Source: an uncultured bacterium (GTDB lineage: Bacteria; Actinomycetota; Acidimicrobiia; Spongiisociales; UBA5794). From it: 64,000 nucleotides of DNA. How positions within the stretch are numbered: the first letter of the stretch is position 1; every line of letters starts with the position of its first letter. The stretch lies in assembly GCA_963844835.1 (NCBI GenBank), contig CAWJPT010000003.1:17543-81542 (forward strand). The letters run 5' to 3'. Positions 58,417 to 64,000 of the stretch are shown here, one piece after another. The notes under the pieces were generated by a model. It had not been told where the DNA came from. It saw only the letters and a program-made list of their open reading frames with translations, and searched no databases. The position numbers and the translations under genes are program-made.

Positions 58417-59304
58417 CTATTTGCGTCGTGGCACCGAGTGATCCCAGTCGGCGAGGAGAGTACGTAGTGCGGCAACGAAGGCGAGGGGCTGATCGAGGAT
58501 GAGGTGATGGTGCGCCTCGGGGATCGTGACCACAGGGGCGTTACGATCCAGCAACTCGTACATGTACGCGGCGGTGTCCTCGGGAACCGTCACCGAATGC
58601 TGACCTCGGAACATCGCAAGCCGGCACTTGACACTGGCGAGCTGGTCCCGCAGCGGCACGAGGGTGTGCTCGAAGAGCTTCGGGTCGAACTTCCACGTCC
58701 AGCCGTCTCCCGTCCTCCGAAGCGAGTGCCTTGCGATGTGATCGATGATGAAGTCGTTCTCGCAAGGTTGGGGCGGGATGAGGCGGAAATGCTGCAGCGC
58801 GGTCTCCAGGTCGGGATAGGTTCCCGGCGCCTTGAAGGAACGGCCCCTGGCGCCCTCCTCGGACTCCGGTGCGGGGCGGCGCACCGGCGTATCCACGATG
58901 ACTGCTCCCCGCAGCCGTTCCCCGCAGTCGGATGCGGTCTGGATGGTGACCATGCCGCCGAGGCTGTGCCCGACGAGAACCGGAGGTCCCGGGAACCCTG
59001 CCGTGTCCGCCACCGACATGACCTCATTCGCCCACGCCTCGTGGGTATACCGGTCGCGGCGGCCACTGTCACCGTGACCGGAGAGATCGAGAGCGACGAC
59101 ATGCCAGTCCTCGGCGAACATCGGAGCCAGGTAGGTCCACCAGTGGGCGTGGGCGGCCCCTCCATGCACCAGCACCAGGCCCGGCTGATCGGTATTCCCC
59201 CACTCGAGATAGTGAATCGGGATGCCGTCCACTTCGATCCACTGGTCATCGTACGGTGTGGCCATGGCTCGGTAGAACCACTCGGGGACGTTGTCACCGG
59301 TCAC
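58417..59304 (-). CDS. Alpha/beta-fold hydrolase
   Basis: Trimmed to GTG 59304 (GTGA overlap with the upstream stop). LVLVHGGAAHAHWW, nucleophile elbow GHSLGG, and a C-terminal EAHHHL histidine. Confidence 0.75.
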   Translation of the reverse strand: MTGDNVPEWFYRAMATPYDDQWIEVDGIPIHYLEWGNTDQPGLVLVHGGAAHAHWWTYLAPMFAEDWHVVALDLSGHGDSGRRDRYTHEAWANEVMSVADTAGFPGPPVLVGHSLGGMVTIQTASDCGERLRGAVIVDTPVRRPAPESEEGARGRSFKAPGTYPDLETALQHFRLIPPQPCENDFIIDHIARHSLRRTGDGWTWKFDPKLFEHTLVPLRDQLASVKCRLAMFRGQHSVTVPEDTAAYMYELLDRNAPVVTIPEAHHHLILDQPLAFVAALRTLLADWDHSVPRRK

Positions 59305-61013
59305 TCGCCCACCCTCACTATTCCGCGAAGCTCGTCGGGGAGCGGGAACCACCGGAGATGCTCGAAGTCCTCGGTCACCACGGGCGGGCCGAGCGGTTCC
59401 GGCAGCTCTGATACCTTCAGGTTGACGACGATGTCCTTCGCCTCCTCCAGATAGCCAACGAGGTCTTCGTCCGAGTGGTACTTCGGCCGCCGCCTGAACT
59501 CCATCGCCCCTGACGAGTAGTCGATGTCGTGCAGGCTCAGCGGTGGCTCGGCGAGCGGTTTGCGATGTCGCCACAGCGCGGTCTCCGGATCGAATCGGTA
59601 ATAGGGAAGGAATCGCCAACCGTCGTCCGCAATGAAGTGAACCGCGTCGAGGATGAAGTCCCGCACCTGGTCCGAGATGAAATAGTTGAAGTTGACGCGG
59701 ACCCAGCCGGGCTTGATCCCCTCGCAACCCCGTGCAATCTCCCGCTCGAACTCATGTGATCTATCCAGGTCGATACCGAGTAACCGATGCCCGTAGGGCC
59801 CGGCACACGAGCAGCCGCCCCTCGATTGGATACCGAACATGTCGTTGAGCAGCGCAACGACGAAGTTGTGGTGCAGATACCGGTCCTCGTAGCGCACGAC
59901 AAACGAGACGATCGACAACCTCTCGGCCTTGGGGTTGCCGAGTATCTCGATGTTGGGGTTCTGCGACCAGGAGGCGATCGCCTTCCCGGTCATGTCCTCT
60001 TCGCGTGCCTTGATCGCCTCGGCGCCGACCGCTCGTTTCAACTGAAAGACCATCCCGGCTCGGATCGACTCGATGATGGCAGGCGTGCCCCCCTCCTCAC
60101 GGTGCTCGATATCGCTCAAGTAGCGATGCTCCACCGGGTTGACATATGCGACCGTTCCCCCACCGGGCACGGCAGGGACTCTGTTGGTGAACAGCTCCTT
60201 GCGAGCTACCAGCAGACCGGGCGTCCCCGGCCCACCGATGAACTTGTGCGGGGAGAGGTAGATAGCGTCCTTGTAGGCGAGATGAGCGTCCGGACCGGTT
60301 GCAGGCGGGCTCATGTCGATATCGACGTATGGCGCGGCGGCGGCGAAGTCCCAGAATGAGAGTGCCCCGTATGTGTGCAGCAGCACCGAGACCGCCTTCA
60401 CATCAGAAATGATGCCGGTGACGTTCGATGCTGCCGAGAAGGAGCCGATCTTCAACTGCCGATCGGCGTATCGCTGCAACTCCTCCTCCAGCCTGGCCAG
60501 GTCGATGTGACCGTCGGCATCCTCAGGGATGGTGACGACGTCGGCGATTGATTCTCGCCACGGCAGCTCGTTGGAGTGGTGCTCGTACGGTCCGAGGAAC
60601 ACCACGGGCCGTTCTTCGGGCGGGATCTTCTCGCTGAGTTGGTACCGCTCCTCCAGGTTGCACGGAATGCGAATGCCGAGCACCTGGATCAAACGATCGA
60701 TAGCACCCGTCATGCCGGAGCCGCAGAACAGCACCGCATGCTCGTCGGTCGCTCCGACACAGCGCCGAATCAGGTCGCGAGCCTCTTCCCGGAATCTCGT
60801 GGTCTGCAGCCCGGTTCCCGACGATTCCGTGTGGGTGTTCGCATACAGCGGCATCACCGCTTCCCGGATGTAGTCCTCGATGAAGGTCAACGACCTCCCT
60901 GAGGCGGTGTAGTCGGCGTACGTGACTTTGCGCGGACCAAAGGGCCCGTCTACTACCTCGTCCTTGCCGATGACCGAGTCGCGGATCGTCTCAATGAGCT
61001 GATCGGGGTTCAT
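59301..61013 (-). CDS. Aminotransferase class V-fold PLP-dependent enzyme (long ~570-aa cysteine-desulfurase-like subgroup)
   Basis: Intact 570-aa ORF. YADYTASGRSL, YANTHTESSGTG, LSPHKFIGGPGTPG (PLP-Lys context). Confidence 0.75.
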   Translation of the reverse strand: MNPDQLIETIRDSVIGKDEVVDGPFGPRKVTYADYTASGRSLTFIEDYIREAVMPLYANTHTESSGTGLQTTRFREEARDLIRRCVGATDEHAVLFCGSGMTGAIDRLIQVLGIRIPCNLEERYQLSEKIPPEERPVVFLGPYEHHSNELPWRESIADVVTIPEDADGHIDLARLEEELQRYADRQLKIGSFSAASNVTGIISDVKAVSVLLHTYGALSFWDFAAAAPYVDIDMSPPATGPDAHLAYKDAIYLSPHKFIGGPGTPGLLVARKELFTNRVPAVPGGGTVAYVNPVEHRYLSDIEHREEGGTPAIIESIRAGMVFQLKRAVGAEAIKAREEDMTGKAIASWSQNPNIEILGNPKAERLSIVSFVVRYEDRYLHHNFVVALLNDMFGIQSRGGCSCAGPYGHRLLGIDLDRSHEFEREIARGCEGIKPGWVRVNFNYFISDQVRDFILDAVHFIADDGWRFLPYYRFDPETALWRHRKPLAEPPLSLHDIDYSSGAMEFRRRPKYHSDEDLVGYLEEAKDIVVNLKVSELPEPLGPPVVTEDFEHLRWFPLPDELRGIVRVGE

Positions 61014-61047
61014 GCGCCAAATCTAATGGTGTTTCCGAGCTGAGACG

Positions 61048-61788
61048 TCACCCGGCGGGTGCGGGCCTGCACACCTTGCATGCCCTGAATCCTGCTGCCT
61101 CCGCCTGTCTCGCGTAGTCGTGAAGTCGAGCCGGTGGGACGGTGCGACCCTGCGAGCATGGCGGCAAGTGGCGTAGCAGTAGATGCCGGTCGTGGTGCAT
61201 CCGGTGTACGTGCTTTCGCCGAACTCGGTCATGCCCTCGTGCTCCAGCAGGGTTCGCTTGAGGGGCGTCCCGAAGGCGTAGTTGCCGAGACTTCCGTCGC
61301 TTCTGACCACCCGATGGCACGGGATCGCAATCGGCACCGGGTTCCGGGCGAGAGCCGAGCCGACGGCACGGACGGCACGGTCGTTGCCCATCTCGCTGCG
61401 CCACCCAGCCGTAGGGTCGCACCTGTCCCGGCGGTATCGAGGCAGTGACGTCGAGGACGTGCCGCTGGAAGTCCGTGAGTTGGCGGAGGTCCACCGGTAG
61501 CTTGCCGAGGCGTCCTGTCTCAAAAACACGCTCGAGCTTGTCATGGAGTCTCCCGGGAAGGTCTCCCGGATATGCCTTGCGCCCCACCCTGTCCTGGTGA
61601 TCGACGAGGAACTCGTCTTCATCACGAGTGGGGACAATGGCGGAAACCCCCAGCGGAGTGAAGCTCACATAGACCGGACCGACCGGGCCATCGACAACGG
61701 TGTAGAGATCGGCAAGAGCGGTCCGCACCAACACCTCTCTGGCGATGGACTCAGGCGGCTGCTCGCGCGGTAGCGAGCATGCGAGCAA
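61048..61788 (-). CDS. Methylated-DNA-protein-cysteine methyltransferase with C-terminal Ada-type Zn-binding-like tail; two frame breaks (~61400, ~61115)
   Basis: The active site IPCHRVV and GSALARNP are in ORF 61023..61637. The N-terminal domain and the tail GFRACKVCRP are in ORF 61048..61788. The cysteine pattern IYCYATCRHA...CKVC lies in the tail. Confidence 0.65.
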   Translation of the reverse strand: MLACSLPREQPPESIAREVLVRTALADLYTVVDGPVGPVYVSFTPLGVSAIVPTRDEDEFLVDHQDRVGRKAYPGDLPGRLHDKLERVFETGRLGKLPVDLRQLTDFQRHVLDVTASIPPGQVRPYGWVAQRDGQRPCRPCRRLGSRPEPGADCDPVPSGGQKRRKSRQLRLRDAPQANPAGARGHDRVRRKHVHRMHHDRHLLLRHLPPCSQGRTVPPARLHDYARQAEAAGFRACKVCRPAPAG

Positions 61789-61803
61789 TCTGGTCTGTGT
61801 TTG

Positions 61804-62355
61804 TCATGGCGAATCCTCCGTGTCGATCATGGAGCGGAGCCGTTCCAGGCCACGATGGACGTCCGACTTCACGGTTCCGGCGGGACGGTCGAGCACTTCG
61901 CCGATCTCGTCGTAGCTCATCTCGACGACGTGCCTGAGCACGATTGCGTCACGCTGGCGGGCGTTGAGCCTGCTGAGCCTCTCTCGCCACTCATCTACGG
62001 CGAGACCTTCGAGGACGCTCTGCTCGGTACCCGCTCCGGATGGGCTGTCGGTCGCACCGAGCGCAACCTGTACCGGCCGGCGGCTGCGAGCCCGCGCCTG
62101 GTTCCGGCACAGATTGAGCGTTATGGCGAACAGCCACGGTCGGAGCCGCAGCTCTTCGATTCGCTCCGGCGGGTAGCTCTGGAGCGCCCGGTAGGCGCGG
62201 ACGAACACCTCCTGGGTGACGTCCTCGGCGTCCTGACGAGTCGGCAGCCAGCGGCGTGACCCGTTGAAAACGGCGCCCTGCATCTCGGCGACGAACCCGG
62301 GGAACGTCCCGTCGAGATCCCTACTCAGACGCCGGTTCATTGTGGTGATGCTCAT
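61804..62355 (-). CDS. ECF-type RNA polymerase sigma-70 family factor
   Basis: Trimmed to MSITTMNRRL. Region 2 (DAEDVTQEVFVRAYRAL, WLFAITLNLCRN) and region 4 (LNARQRDAIVLRHVVEMSYDEIGEVLDRPAGTVKSDVHRG). Confidence 0.75.
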   Translation of the reverse strand: MSITTMNRRLSRDLDGTFPGFVAEMQGAVFNGSRRWLPTRQDAEDVTQEVFVRAYRALQSYPPERIEELRLRPWLFAITLNLCRNQARARSRRPVQVALGATDSPSGAGTEQSVLEGLAVDEWRERLSRLNARQRDAIVLRHVVEMSYDEIGEVLDRPAGTVKSDVHRGLERLRSMIDTEDSP

Positions 62356-62419
62356 TGACCTTCCCAAGTTCCTTGCACACCCCATAGAACCCCGGACGAG
62401 GTCGTTTCGTTGCGTCCGG

Positions 62420-64000
62420 TTACCGGGCAACCTCCTTGCGGAGCAGGTCAAGCCCTACCGGGCCTATCTCGAGCAATCGGGCATGGAACGCCTTGGTGTC
62501 GAAGTCCGCCCCAAGACGCTGCTCTGCTTCACGCCGCATCTCGAGAATGGCCTTCTCTCCAACCTTGTATGCGATCGCCTGACCCGGCCAACCCAGATAG
62601 CGGGTCACCTCCGACTCGGCGTACGGCTTGGCCAGCGCCGCGTACTCGACGAGAAGCGCAACCGCGGTCTCGAACGTCCACGGCTCACCCGGGTGGAACG
62701 GCTGACCCTCCGGGATAATCAGATCCAGATGAGACCCGATGTCGATGGCGACCCGACAGGCTCGCAGCATCTGGCCGGAGAGCCAGCCGAGCACATAGTC
62801 GGGTTTGTCGAAGAAGCCGAGCTCGTTCATGAACCGCTCGGCGTACAGAGCCCATCCTTCGCCTGCGCCCGGCTTCCACACCCACAGGCGATGCAGACGA
62901 GAGAGCTTGTCGGCAAGCGACACCTGCACCCCGATTTGGAGATGATGCCCCGGGAACCCTTCGTGGTACGCGGTCGAAACCTCGTCGAAGACCGGGTAAG
63001 GGCCCTGCGGAGTCAACGACCACCAGACGCTGCCCGGTCTGGAGAAGTCCTCGGATGGTCCGACGTAGTAGGCGCCGAGCGAGCCGCCGGGTGGAGCGAT
63101 GTTCACGGTGACCTTCCGTATCGGCTCGGGCACGTCGAAGTGGGTACCGGCGAGCCGTTCGAGCGCATCATCGAGCCGACCCTGGATGACGTCGGCAAGC
63201 GCCGCTGAATTGGGAACGGTGCGCTCTGGGTCGGTGCGAAGCAGGTGATCGACTTCGTCCATCGACCCACCGGGGAGGATCTCGGCGGCAACGGCCTTCA
63301 TCTGCGCGGCCAGCTCGGCAATCTGCTCCCAACCCCATTGATAGGTCTCGACCGGATCGATCTCGGTACCCAGAAACTCGTATGCGGCGCGCACGTATCG
63401 TTCGGCGCCGACCCCGTCTTTCTCGGCGGCATCGGTGGCATATGTCTCTGCGAGGTAGTCTGCCAATCCTCCGAAGGCGACCCGGGCGTCGGTGACGGCA
63501 CTCTCGAGTCTGGTCTGTACCGAGCCGGCACCGTATTGCCGCTCGTGGGCATCGAGGAGCTTGGTGAGTCGTGAGTTGCCTGACGCACTCACCCGGCATT
63601 GCTCGACCCCGGCACGAACCTGTCGCTCGGCAACGGCAAGACCCTTTCGCCTTCCTTCGTCGAGGCTGGTCCGGTAGCCCTCGATCGCCGCAGGCAATCG
63701 TTCGATGCGGTAGACGATGTTGGTCCAGTCTTCCTCGGTCTCGGCGCCCATGTGGTCCCAGATCTCACGCAGAGTCTGGAGCGCCGACGCGATCGGATTG
63801 AGGTTTCGCAGGTGATCGTTGTGCTCGAAGAAGGAGGCCTCCTCGTCGAGGGTCTCTTTCGCCAGATCGATAGCGAGTCTGTCCCAGTCGCTCCCCGGCT
63901 CGGGCACGGCGTCGACGCGGCGACGCAGCACACGCAGCTTGCGAAGCGATCTCCTCGGAGCCCTCGGGGCTCAGATCGGTCCAGCTGTCGTCGTGACCCT
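62420..64000 (-). CDS. DUF885 family protein (metallopeptidase-like); N-terminus continues past the window end, frame break near 63935
   Basis: 503-aa ORF with HEGFPGHHLQ and EVTRYLGWPGQAIAYKVG. Upstream of 63931 another frame reads ...WTDLSPEGSEEIASQ, which is typical of the family N-terminus. Confidence 0.7.

Noticed and set aside
59305-59727. N-terminal extension of the alpha/beta hydrolase ORF 58417..59727
   Set aside because: It overlaps the 3' end of the aminotransferase gene in another frame and is Arg/Pro-rich. A GTG with a GTGA overlap at 59304 gives a normal-length hydrolase.

Overview
This is a high-GC (judged by eye, not computed), gene-dense chromosomal segment. It looks actinobacterial: it carries a mycothiol-type DinB/MDMPI enzyme, the DUF3090 / SCO1664 / MSMEG_4193-type phosphomutase triad, an LLM (F420-type) oxidoreductase, and lipoproteins with Thr-rich linkers. 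I call about 60 protein genes. I see no rRNA, no complete tRNA, no CRISPR array and no integrase or transposase.

The dominant feature is positions 1-12.9 kb, which form one tightly coupled minus-strand operon. Gene junctions are ATGA overlaps or gaps of 0-68 nt. In transcription order it encodes:
- a ribose-type ABC importer (SBP, two-domain ATPase, permease)
- an eIF2B-family sugar-phosphate isomerase paralog
- a class II aldolase/SDR fusion
- an LsrF-like class I aldolase/thiolase
- a muconolactone-isomerase-fold protein
- MtnK
- MtnA
- a split transketolase
- a RuBisCO-like protein that runs off the window edge

This combination is my best candidate for an undescribed 5-deoxypentose / methylthioribose catabolic system.

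The rest of the window holds:
- a heterodimeric ABC exporter plus GNAT
- a P1B-5-type P-ATPase with a C-terminal hemerythrin domain
- a decayed TPP enzyme, BASS transporter, epimerase and SDR block
- a CPA1 antiporter
- a large beta-helix lipoprotein
- a tryptophanase/TPL-family lyase
- a Na/Pi cotransporter with a PhoU-like protein
- an acyl-CoA synthetase
- a NEW3-domain protein with an ABC-2 transporter and a two-component system
- an ECF sigma factor followed by an MGMT gene

Non-coding oddities:
- a 59-bp tandem repeat (about 4.6 copies) at 45.2 kb
- a perfect 58-bp duplication at 52.2 kb carrying a 22-bp palindrome
- a 900-bp gene-poor stretch at 40.4-41.3 kb with a Shine-Dalgarno-led micro-ORF, a terminator embedded in a chain of mutually exclusive GC 7-mers, and a 52-nt tRNA-like minihelix with a G3:U70 pair

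Major caveat: roughly 30 or more reading-frame breaks are visible across otherwise well-conserved genes. Many of my gene models therefore join two or more ORF-track fragments. Whether these breaks are indel errors or true pseudogenes cannot be decided from the sequence alone.
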